A stretch of DNA of 64,000 bases, taken from the human T2T-CHM13v2.0 reference genome, Homo sapiens. This document shows, piece by piece, positions 51,669 through 63,914 of the stretch. The stretch lies in NCBI RefSeq assembly GCF_009914755.1, contig NC_060930.1. One strand, 5' to 3'. The translations under genes were made by a program, and so were the position numbers. A model generated the notes under the pieces. The model was not told the origin of the DNA. It ran no database searches and saw only the letters and a program-made list of their open reading frames with translations. How positions within the stretch are numbered: position 1 is the first letter of the stretch; every line of letters begins with the position of its first letter.

Positions 51669-52166
51669 CCTCCTTCACACTGCCTGTTCTTCTCTCTCCA
51701 CGGGCTCCTTAGGGCATTCTGTCCACTCTCCTGCATTTAAATGCTCTCTCCATGCCGATGGCTCCCACATTTTTATCTCGTGCTAGGTGGTAGATCAGAT
51801 TACCCTACTTGACATCTCCACTTTGAGTCTAACAGGCACCTCAAACTTAGTGGTGCCCCAACTAAAATATCTTGATTCTGCCCGCCTCCCTCTCCCAATC
51901 TTTCTTCATCTCAGGAAACAGCACCACCATCTACTCAACTGCACAAGCCAGAAACCTCGGAGTTCTAGATGCTTCTCCCCACCCCACAGCAGCCCTGCCC
52001 ATTCTACTCCTAATGAGCATCTCACACCCACCCACTCCTCTCCATGCACCTCCTTCGCCTCCTCCTCCACCTGCCTCTTTACTGTGCTCTGCCTTTCTCT
52101 GCTCTCTTCTCCACCAATGCAATCTTCTTAAAACGTGAATTAGGGGCTGTCGCTTCCCACTCCAAA

Positions 52167-52483
<317 letters not shown>

Positions 52484-52867
52484 CCCACTCCAAACTTTCA
52501 ATGGCTTCCCACTACACTTCAAATGAAATGTAAACCTTTTCAAAGCCCAGAGAGTCCTGCACAATCATCTCATGCTGCCCTCCCTCCTTCATCCTTGACC
52601 ACCTGTGCCTCTTTGAGTTCTCCAAAACCAAAGTCCTTCTGCACAGGCTCTCCTCTGCTTCATGTGCTGTCTCCCCCAACCCCCAAACCTCAGAGAGGCC
52701 TTTCCAGGCTACTCTAATGAAATCCATCCAAGTCACTGGACTTGTGGTTTCATCAGAGCACTGATCACAATTGGCAAGCTGTATTTCTTTACATGTCTGC
52801 CTCTGGACTGTAAGTGAAGTGGTAAGGGTAGGGGTATGGGTAGAGGGAGATGATTATGTCTCTTTCA

Positions 52868-53334
<467 letters not shown>

Positions 53335-53898
53335 TTAGGCACACGGGTTCTTTGTCCCCTTCCTGCTCTATCAAACATATAAAAAGAAATGTTTATGTTG
53401 CTAAACCAAACCCCAACAGCTCAGCATATGCTACCCCATGCCAGCTCATCGTCTTCCATGATGAAAGACCAAGAATCATCTGTTTCTTCAGTAAACCAAA
53501 TTACTACAAGCAGCTACTCTGAGAACTTAAAATTCTTAGAAAATATCACAGAGGCTTTTTGTTGTGTGTTTTCTTTAGCCCAGAAGAAAAGATTTATTAA
53601 GAGAGCCCTGGGGTCAAACTCATGTTACTGAGACTATATTATTCCTTAAAAATGCCCACAGCACCCTTGTGGCAACGCACGCCAGTAACTGGAATCCAGC
53701 TGTTCTTGTCCTCCTCTCTCCACAAAAGAAATCAACTATTCGTTAGTTCTCCTTTATTTTACTGGTTTCCCTTCAACATGCAAATTCAGAAATATCATTA
53801 ATCCACAAGATCCCAGATGATTTTAATCCTTCCTCCTCCCTCAGCCACACAGTTTTATGAGGTCGGAAATAAAATGAGCTGAATTCAACCGCCTTTAG

Positions 53899-54275
<377 letters not shown>

Positions 54276-57200
54276 TAAATCCTTACTTTTCATGGCAATG
54301 TCCAAAGTCAATAAAAACATCAAGAGCTTCTCCCAAAAATGCCCATAGTGAAATACAGAGAATCCTGGTGATAAAAATGATACTATATCATTATTATGAA
54401 CCTTATCACAAATATTCAGCCAAATCCCAATTACCCACAGAAAGCAGGCAAAGCCACACTGGGCTTTCTGGTCTCCAGTTTCTCCCCAAAGCTATCTCCT
54501 CCTGCTGCCTGGGAATAAGAGCTTGGTTAACCTTAGACTTGACCAAGGATTAGACAAGTTAACCAACTGGCTGGAGAAGAAACTTCTAAGATGAACAGAA
54601 ATTATTTTTGGTACCTAGGATATGTACATGCTGCACTCTCTGTTAGTGCATAGAATTGAGAATTTTTTGTCCAAGACACTGGCAGACATTTATTCATAAG
54701 TATTTCCTTGTGTTTGATGGTCAAGATCACCAGGCCACTCAAGAGACCTTTCTGGAATACCAAGGATCAAATCCACTTTCTCCATGAGAAGACAAAAACA
54801 GAAGTTAATCAGCTCACCCAAGTCCATGAAGCAATTGGCCGTTGGCTCAGGAAGAGACTGTCAAGACCTCTGGAGACCTCGCTTACAAGACACAGAATTT
54901 CAGAGCCGGAAGGGAACTCACGGATCAAACCACGCACTTTTAAGATAAAAAATCCAAAGCCCAGAAATGGCTAGAAATTGGTACCTTCCCCACCTTTCTT
55001 TCCAGTGATGTTTCCCCTAGCCTTGAGCATCAAACTACTTTAAGTTCTTTGTCACTTTACCAATACTGTAAACTTAAGCCAACTATTGAACACAAGACAA
55101 TTTTAACACTTCCTGGCTAATCAGCTTCACAGAGAATCCTTACATTTGTCAAAAAAATAACGCTTTCGGTTATTATAACCAACCCACCCATTAAAGAAGG
55201 AGAAAAAGAAAATCATAAACAAGCTTTATTTTTTGTGACCACACATTTTATTATACAAGCAGCAAAGAACACTGCAGTCTGTCTCCTCTTTTACACTTTA
55301 AGTTCCTAACTCAACAAAAACCACAGGCCCAAGCCGGTTATAGGAGGCAAAACTGAGTACTTTCCACACAGTTCATAGAACAACTGTTTTCACAGCAAGC
55401 TCACATAAATGCTATGTGATAATAACACATGCCTGCTATGTGGAAGCCTGCTTACCAAGCTGTGAAAAGACCCATGTTTACTATGGAACCTGCAAAATTA
55501 ATCTTCTCATACAGCAGAAGGGAAATGCTCTTTTTGGGATGTCAAGCTGGCTTCTAAACAATCCTTTGGCGAAAATGGACATGCCTAAAAGGGCGGAGCC
55601 CAGAGAGGTGTGTCACTCCGGGTATCAATTCCTATAAATCAGATCCTGACAATCACCACAATATTTTAAAAAGAACGAATTATGATTCATGGGCCTTCAA
55701 GCCTTTATTACCGCAAGAACATTCTCGGTAGAAGAGGAAAAAAAAAAAAAACTACTGTGACTTGATTAATGGCCAAAGCAAGACAATAAAATAAATCTCA
55801 TAAATATAAGGAAAAAAACCTGAATGACTGCTCTTGGCTCTGAGGCTAGGCATGTAAATAATTCCACCCTGGAATGAACATACATAAAGATTTTGTTTAC
55901 CCTCCCAGCAAATACAACAACCAGACTCAGATTTTCATCAGGTAAAAATAATAGCTAATTTGCTTAACTAATGCCTAGTTAGGAACATTTGATAAGCAGC
56001 AATAATATTTAATTCCCAACTAACTCAACTCTCAAACTGCCAAATATCAACCCTCAATCTGGAAATCTGACGACAGTTAGGAAAGAAAAAAAGCACTCTC
56101 CATCAGCAATGTGTAGCGAGTTTTTTAAAACCCATTTTTCTCGACCCTGCTAGAACAGAGCCTGTCTACAGAATTGCAGAAAGCTTAACCAACCTCAGTT
56201 AACCCCACTGCCTAGTGGCTACTCCCTAACCCTACTAAACGTCTCCGGGTTGGACCCGAGATGCTAAAATTATCCTAGCAAAGTTAAAACTCCCAGCATC
56301 ATCAAGGTAGCTGACAGCTAAGACCTACAACTCTTCTGCAGAAACCAGTAGGCTGAGGACCAAGAAAACAGAGGCAAGGAGAGGCAAAGGCTGCTGGTTA
56401 ACTAGTTAAGCACTGAGGACTCCTGCTGTTATCCTCTCCAGTCAGTGAGCATCAACACCACACTTCCTATCGCCAAACTCCTTTCTTAAAAGGGTCAGTG
56501 ATGCAGAAGGTGGGTGCTAACTGGGACAACTTAAAACTCCCCTTCTTAAAACTCTCCTCAATGACCTGCTGAAAAGTGCACCTGGACCGGTTTTCAGGAG
56601 ATATTTTTTAATGAACTCTTTAGCCACTACAGGGGCGGTCATTCCTAAGCACGACTTCCACGCACTCACAAGACAGCCCAGGCCATGCTGAATTGAAGCC
56701 ATCCCCTTCAGTACTGGCACTTGCCAAAGCTGCGTCTAGTCTGGGGAAGAGTTTCCACAAAGCTGGCTCTAACAGGCCGGTAGAAGACACACGGAGGAAC
56801 CAGAAAGCGTTTTCTTGTAACCTAAGGATGGCAGGCGCACATGCTCCAGTCCAGTGCTGGCCAGAGGCTGCCTGCCAGGTGCTCTCGGCCTCCGCTGGTG
56901 AAGGAGTGGTTTGGTTGGTTTTTAATATCTGTTTCTTAAGACCACCGGCAGTAACTTCCCAGTCTCCCAAACTGAAGTTGGGGAGTGAAGGAACAGGTTT
57001 ACCCCCTTACACATTTCTCCCATCTGGGTGGCCACACTAACTTCTGGGGAGTACCCAGCCCCCACAGAGCCCGCAGGCGCGTATACATACACATATGTAT
57101 CATGTCAAAAACCCCAAAAGGCAGAGTCCTGCGGTTTCTTAGCTGGAGAATGAAGCCTTTATAACATCACAACCTCAAATGCAAGCCCACCATCACTACC

Positions 57201-57447
57201 TTTAAGCCAGGGTTGCCAATTATAGCGCCCACCTCATCCCTCCCCCTTTGCTGGGATGCTGTGCAGCCCGGAGAGGGAAGAAGGGAAGAAGGGAGAAGGC
57301 CTGCTTGCATAGTGAAAGTAAAGGGGGGGGAGACTTCTCCTTCTGTCTCCCCACTCTTCCCTCCCCACTTCGCCCCACCCCCGTCTTCTCGAGGAGCATC
57401 CCCAAACTAATTTTTTAAAAATGAAACTTAATAAGCTTCTTGCCTAC

Positions 57448-57609
57448 CTTGGCTGTTTCTGCAACAAGTGCATGGGCAATCCGACGAGAAGACCAGTATC
57501 CGCTTGGGGGGTGAGATGGGGGGCGAGCAGAGCTGATGGAGTAATTTCAATATTAATTTATGTCAGCCGCCTTCTCTCAGCGCTACTCACTTACTGTACT
57601 GCCCTCAGC
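57448..57609 (-). other. TRERF1: Second 5' UTR exon (162 nt) of the same gene
   Basis: Minus strand: acceptor atttgtttacag|GCTGAGGGC and donor CAGCCAAG|GTAGGC. Unique, non-repetitive sequence resembling my memory of the TRERF1 5' UTR. The exon call is firmer than the gene name. Confidence 0.6.
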
Positions 57610-57631
57610 CTGTAAACAAATATCGCTCCGC

Positions 57632-58168
57632 CAGGAAACATACTCCCCAGATGCAAGCCCCTCTCCCCAGCAGGGAACCTGGCCCCTCGTCCCCCCGACA
57701 AGAGTGTGCTCCCCCACCCAGGGTAGGAAGCTTTGGGTTTCCAAAGCACCAACCCACCACCTCCTCCACCACCCCAGCAAGAAACTTACTCGGTCCGTCT
57801 ACGCCTCCACCCTCCCTTCAGGAAATCTACTCTCCATATGCATTCAGCCTCCCCGCAGGAAATCTGCTCCCCCCTCCCCCCTTCTATATACATGCACCCC
57901 TCCCTCTCCTCCTCCCCATGCGCCCTCCCCGGCCAGAAACTTACTAGTGAGCAAGCGTGCAGGCTCTCCTGATGCTGGAAACTTACTCCCAGATATAGCG
58001 CCCGCCAGCCCCCTTTCCCAGCCCTGCTCCCCTTCCTGCCCTCCGCCGCAAGCAACTCCAAACTCTCCGCATCCAGCCGTTCTCCCTCCCCAGTGGAAAT
58101 TTGCAGCGCCGGGCTGCGCGCGTGCATCCACCCTCCCCTTCAGGAAACTTACTCCCCATCTGCATGCA
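57632..58168. repeat. Degenerate ~39-bp tandem-derived repeat in intron 1 (core CAGGAAACTTACTCCCC)
   Basis: Core copies at ~57632, 57778, 57819, 57856, 57933, 57975 and 58141. Segments 57806-57846 and 58127-58168 align over ~40 bp. Confidence 0.75.
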
Positions 58169-60330
58169 CCGCCTCTCAGCCATCGCTTAGAGGGAAGGGG
58201 GTGTGCTGGGGAGACAGAAATACATATGTATCTCTCGCCCCTCCCCCGGTCGCAGCCCACTCGGGGCCGAGCCGCGGTAACCTGGCCTTACCTTTGCATT
58301 GCTCCCCATCCTCGCCCCCTCCCTTAACCCTCCTTATCCGCTCCCCGGTACCCCCCTTTTTTCACCCATTACCCACCCCTAGCAACCGTTCCCAAGCTCC
58401 TCTCGGCCTTTTTTTTTTTTTTAAATCCAGGATGCAAATTCCTCCCTTGTCAGCAAATCGACTGTCAAATTATTTTCTTGCAAAAGGAGAAAGGCGGGGT
58501 GGGGGGGGGGAGCAGGAGCAAAAAGAGGGGGAGGGCGGGGGAAGGGAGGGGGAAGGGAGGGAGAGGGACCGAGGAGGGGAGATATCCCTCCGCAGAGCTG
58601 GGTCTGGCCGCGGGCGGGGAAGCAGGAAGTAAGGTGTCCAGCGCCGCGACCGGCTGGTCGTCCGCCTCGGCCCCCGCCCGCGTCCCCTTTCCCCCGGGGC
58701 GCAGCGCTACGGCGGGCGCGGGCCGCCCGGCGCATTGTTCGCAGCCTTCGCGGCGGTGCGCTGCTGACTTTATTTGTGCGCTTTGCGTGTGCGTGAGGTT
58801 GCACCTTTTGTAGGCTGGCGAGTCTCTGGACGAGGATGGGACGGGGGACACGGGCCCAGTTGCGGCCCTGCGCGAGCGGGACCTGTCAGCCCTGAGGTGC
58901 AGCGGACCCTCCGGCATGGCCGGAAAATCGAGGCCGGGGAGAAGGCAGCGTGGCCGGGAAGCTGCCGCCTTAAACCCGGACCAGTGCAGGATTGCTTCCT
59001 GCGTAGCCGTCCCGGTTATTGTAACACGCTTTGCAAGCTAACGACTGGGGTTTGTGAGGGGGTTTGTTTATTTTTCTAAGTGTTTGCAAAGATGCCGAGG
59101 TCGAGGCGGGCTGCGAGGAGACGGTCCGCGCCTACCCCCACCGCACCCTGGCCTCGGTGGGGCTGGGAGAGGGCTGGGGCTCCGGAGAAGGGGCTGGAGG
59201 TTCGCGAAGCGCGCGTCTCCATCCCTCCGCCCCGATGGGGGCGGGGAAGGGGTGCAGTAGACCGCGCTGGAAGAGCAGCTCTCTGGGGAGGGGTCTCCCT
59301 TGCCGCGGCAGGCGCAGCAGGCCGGGGAGGGGGGTTGCCTAGGAGAGGGGCCGGGCGGCGGAGGGGAGGGGAGGAGAGGGGGCGCGGGTGCAGCCGCCGC
59401 GCGCGCTCGCCCCTCCTCGCGCGCCATGACTGTGGAACGTGGTGCCGGGGAGGAGGGACGGCCACCGGGGGCCGCCCGGGGCTGCTCGGCATTGGTGCGG
59501 AAACCCGAGCCCGGAGTCGCTCCCTCGCGCTGTCTCCTCCTCCTCCTCTGCGGGGGAAACCGCTGCACCCAAACCGGGAGCAGCTGCGAGCAGGGGGCAG
59601 GGCGCGGGCTGAAAGGCGAGCCGAAGGTTCAAACCTCCGCGGCGCGGGCGGGGGCGGAGGGCAACAGCAGGACGGCCCCCAGGTCCCGAGAAGGCGTGGC
59701 AGTGGTCGGCCCAGGTGTCAGGGAACCTGGCCTGAGACCCCTGCATTTCCAAGCTTCTTTCCTGGTCAGAGGAAACGTGAACCAAAGGTAGTTCAGCTAA
59801 ACAGACCACCTCGAGCCGGGTTCGAGGCATCTGTCTCGAGGGCAAGACAGTATTTTTTGCACGACAGAAAGTTACACCATCCATTTTTTTCCGTGGGGGA
59901 AATCATTGCGCCCCTTCCCCCAAAATGTCGCGCAAGAAGAATGACCTCCCGCTACCCAGACCTTCGCCAGTGTCCCCCACCCCACCCCCACCCGGGCGCT
60001 GGGTGTGGATTGGGCGGAGGGAGGCTATATGGGAGCTTAAAGCATGAGGTCATGAGCGGAGGAGACTGCTGCCAAAAGCACCCGAGGTTTTTGTGTTTTT
60101 TGAGGGGTAACGGTTCTCCATCTTCAGCAGTGGAAAGTCCTCCCGCCTACCCTACCAATTCTGGGGCACGTGGACCACAGAGTCCCTGAAAAGAGGAGGG
60201 GACCCGGGCTATTTCGCTTAATGAGCGTTTGGCGCGTGCCCAGCCCTTTATGGAGCCCTTCCACATAAGCAAAGAAAGCCGAGGGACAGCGCACAGTGTT
60301 GCGGCGACTGGGAAAGGCTTCAGATGCTCG
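57990..60330. promoter_or_regulatory. CpG island / promoter
   Basis: Very high GC and CpG density (CGCG, GCGGCG runs) against a CpG-depleted background. GC boxes GGGCGGGG ~58612 and CCCCGCCC ~58672, ETS core CAGGAAGT ~58623, octamer ATGCAAAT ~58432. Confidence 0.92.
58292..58800 (-). other. TRERF1: Non-coding first exon (5' UTR) of a minus-strand gene; 5' end/TSS approximate
   Basis: Minus strand reads ...GGATGGGGAGCAATGCAAAG|GTAAGG (strong donor; intron starts at 58291). It lies at the edge of a CpG island with GC boxes and an ETS site. The gene name is from recollection of the TRERF1 5' exon layout, not a search. Confidence 0.55.
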
Positions 60331-61189
60331 ATGTCCCCCGCCCTCTTTCCTCAGTCCTCGGTCATCTTCCAAGTGGGCTGCTTTCTGCGATAGCTTCCTG
60401 TCCCCCTCCGACCCATTCCTCCCAAGCGACTAAAACTCCTAATGACATTATTTTAAAGCCTTCAAAACCCTCTTCCATTGCCCTTAGAATAAAGCCAAGT
60501 TGTGATTTCGCCTCTACAGACCTCTCTACCCGCCCAGCTCTTCCTCGGATATTGTAAGCCCCGTCAAGCTTTCTTTGTTCAAGGGGTGGAGGAGGGGGCG
60601 CCTAACCTTTCCCCTTCCACCTCTTCTTACTAACTCCTGCTGGACCTTCAAGATTTGACTCAACTGTCAGTAACTTCAAGATGCCTTCCTGAGGGTACAC
60701 CCAGGTCTCTACCTCAGGGGAAAAGACCTACCCTAGGTCTCCTGGCAGCAGCGCTGTGGCCGGAGTTGGCCCCAGTGGCGGCCTTTTTCCAAGCGGAGGA
60801 GGAACAGCCAAGCTAAGCTTGACCACCGTCACCGCCCAGGGACCTGAGCGGGAGCTGGCTAGGACAAAACCTCAAAACGGGACTTGGGAAAACCGCACCA
60901 CCCAGAAAACTCAGCCCCTCCACCTCCCTCCCAGCACACACACACACCCTCTTAATCTAAAACTCCTCCCCGGGGCAGATAAGGAACCTATTCGGAGAGT
61001 TAAGTTAATTGCCCCAGGTCAATGTGGAAATTCACAGCCTGTCTTTCCAGCTCCTAAACCAGAAGCTGCAGAGAAGGAAGGATTTGGGATTTGCGGCTAC
61101 ACAGCCAAGGACGCTTTTGTCATCTTCAAAGGACCCCCTACACCCTACACGCTTGGCCCGCTCTGTTCATTGCCAACAGAGTGATGGTA

Positions 61190-61340
61190 ATGCCAGATGG
61201 TTAGCTCTGCAGGCTCTGACCTTAGGCAAATTACTTAACCGCTTGGTTCAGTTTCTTTGCCTGTAAAATGGGAATGATAGTATTCATATCATAGTGTTAT
61301 TGTGAGGTTTAAATGAGTTATTTTATGTAAGGCCTTAGAG
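61190..61340 (+). mobile_element. MIR SINE
   Basis: tgaccttaggcaaattacttaacc...cagtttctttgcctgtaaaatgggaatgatag...gttattgtgaggtttaaatgag. Confidence 0.8.
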
Positions 61341-61477
61341 TTTAAAGCAAGTTACTAATATTTGTGAATAGGGTTGTGTATCCTCCCCCGCCCCGTCCCC
61401 CCCCCACCTTCCAAAGGACTCTAGAAAATCAGATCCTCAGAGTCTTAGCTGATTGAAGCATCAGAAAAATATCTATG

Positions 61478-61812
61478 GGGCCAGGCGGGGTGGCTCACAC
61501 CTGTCATCCCAGCGCTTTGGGCGGATGAGGTAGGCGGATCGCTTGAGCTGAGGAGTTTGAGACCAGCCTGGACAATGTAGAGAGACCCTCTCCACGTTTA
61601 TTATTAAAAAATAAAAAATTAGCCAGGCATAGTGGTGCATGCCTGTAGTCCCAGCTACTGAGGAGGCTAAGGCAGGAGGATGGCTTGAGCCCACGGGGTT
61701 GAGGCTGCAGTGAGCAGATTGCCCCACTGCACTCCAGCCTGGGTGACAGCGCAAGACTCTGTCTCAAAAAATAAAATTATATATAGAGAGAGAGGGAGAG
61801 AGAGAGAGAGAA
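61478..61812 (+). mobile_element. Alu (AluJ-like) with (TA)(GA)n tail
   Basis: Dimeric Alu. Confidence 0.92.
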
Positions 61813-62779
61813 AGAGAGCACCAAAAGGACTGGGAAACACCGGCAGATGCACAGACAATGCATCCCTGATTTTACCAATAGACTTGACTCCCAACAATGC
61901 ATACTCTTGAAGGCAATCCACAGGTTGAATAAACCAAGTCCATGAGCGCTGGGTCTGGAATCTTTCTACAATCAGGGTCAGAAGGAGGGTGACTGAAATT
62001 AAAATATTAGCTTGGATCTTTGAAATCAGAGTCAGGCTGAAAAAGTCCCAATCTTAGTTCAAAACCTGTCCTGCATGACTGAAGCCCTCCTAGGGCTGCA
62101 CAAAGTATAATGGAATTATTATTATTATTATCATTAGATCCTAGTCTTACCATTCTCAGCACTTATCCCCATAGCAAAAGACCATTTTTTAATGTAATTT
62201 ATTCTTTTGGAATAGGTTGAATGCATTCACATGGTTCCAAATTCAAATAAACAGCAAGAAGTCTCCCTCCCACCCTGTCTGCCACCCACTTGGTTTTCCT
62301 TCTCTGGAGGCAACCTGGGTTAGTGGTCAGAAGATGCATTTAACTGTTTTCCAGCTGAGGCCTTGTGAGAACTCCTCGGACACCAATTTAAATCTTTATG
62401 TCCAGAACTCCTTTCTCCAATCCAGGTAGAGCCACTCCCCTATCCTATCCCCACTCCCACCCTTCCCCCCTTCAGCCTCAATCCTAAGCAGGCTCTATTA
62501 ACAATGATGAGCCACCATTTCCTCGAGCTACTAACAAATGCAAATGTTTAAATACTTTGTGGTTCTTTTTCCTCTTCTACATTAATTGCTAACATTTATC
62601 GAGGGCTTTCCGTGTGCCACGCACTGTGCTAAATACTAGGCATGCATATTCTTATTTAATCTGCCCCAAATCTTCATCATTATCCTTATTTACAGATGCA
62701 GACAGAAATGAAAGTTCAGAGAGATTATGTAATTTGCACCAATTTGCATCCAGGCCAACCTGAATCCAAACCCTATCTC

Positions 62780-63121
62780 TTTTTACTTTTTCTTTCCTTT
62801 TTTTTTTTTTTTTTAAACAGGGTCTCACTCTTGTCAGCCCAGATGGCATGCAGTGGCACAGTCTATGGAGGCAATCAGGTTTAGCTGTCAGCTCACTGTG
62901 GCCTCAACCTCCCAGGCGCAAGTGATCCTCCCACCTCAGCATCCCCAGTAGCTGGGACTACAGGTGTACGCCACTACCCCCAGCTAATTTTTGTATTTTT
63001 TTGTAGAGATGAGGTTCCACCATTCTTGCCCAGACTGGTTTCGAACTCCTGGACTCAAGCGATTTGCCTGCCTCGGCCTCAAAAAGTGCTGGGATTACAT
63101 GCATGAGCCACCACACCCGGA
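62780..63121 (-). mobile_element. Alu (AluJ-like) with a ~28-nt foreign insertion, adjoining a MIR
   Basis: Reverse Alu; TSD-like acccT(a/c)tctctt. Confidence 0.9.
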
Positions 63122-63384
63122 CCCTCTCTCTTAAATAGTGGCCCTTTTGCCTCTCTGCAACACAGGAAAAATTCTGTTAGCCTGCATCAGAAGGAGTGGC
63201 ATGGAGGCTTTGGAGTTAAGAAGATTTAATTCAAATTATGTGTCCGGTGCCTGCCAGCAATGAGACCTTGGTAAGGTTTCTTAACCTCTCTGAGCTGGGA
63301 CCATACCTTCTGCGTTGGTTTAATATAAAGGTTAAATGCATGTAAATAAATGACTTCTAAAATAAATAACATTCTAAAATGTTA

Positions 63385-63800
63385 GTAACAACTAAATACA
63401 ATATTTAGATCTTGTGAGGATTTGATTTGAATAAATAAGATTTTTTTAAAAGACATTTTTGAGACAAAATGTAGACTATCTGATATTAAGAAATTAATCA
63501 CTTTTTCAGATATGATAATGGCATTGCAGTTTTTTTTAAGTTCTTATCTATTACAGATACATAATGAGGCATTTTGAGTGAAAATATATCTAGGATTTGC
63601 TTTCCAATACTCCATCCCCTCCCCATCAAAACACTAAATAAATGAAACAAGATTAGTGAAATACGGAAAATTGTTGAAGTTATTCATTATTCCATTTCCC
63701 ATATGGAACTTTCCATACTAGTTTCCCTACTGCTGTTGAATATTTGACATGTTTCAAATACATTTGAAATAAATTTATTGTCTGAGATGATCAGGTTGAA
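63385..63800 (+). mobile_element. Old L1 3' end fragment
   Basis: tgatattaagaaatt...gataatggcattgcag...tctaggatttgctttc...aaatgaaacaagatt. Confidence 0.6.
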
Positions 63801-63914
63801 AAATAATAAAATGAAATAAATTTAAAAGTAAAATAAACATAACCCTTTTAAGCATTAAAATTAAAAATTATGAGGCTTGTTGAATTATTACTGTTATAAA
63901 TAATTACATACATG

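Noticed and set aside
57632-58168. CRISPR-like reading of the spaced repeat cores
   Set aside because: Eukaryotic context, degenerate non-palindromic repeats, related rather than unique spacers, and no cas genes.
57560-58327. 255-aa Pro-rich plus-strand ORF
   Set aside because: Antisense to intron 1 and produced by the C-rich degenerate repeat; no protein-family resemblance.
59080-60189. 369-aa plus-strand ORF (and overlapping 138-181 aa ORFs) in the CpG island
   Set aside because: Low-complexity Arg/Gly/Pro/Ala translation, open in several frames on both strands because GC-rich DNA lacks stops; no recognisable domain.
62861-62889. ~28-nt non-Alu insertion in an AluJ
   Set aside because: I could not find a source within the window by eye; too short to interpret.
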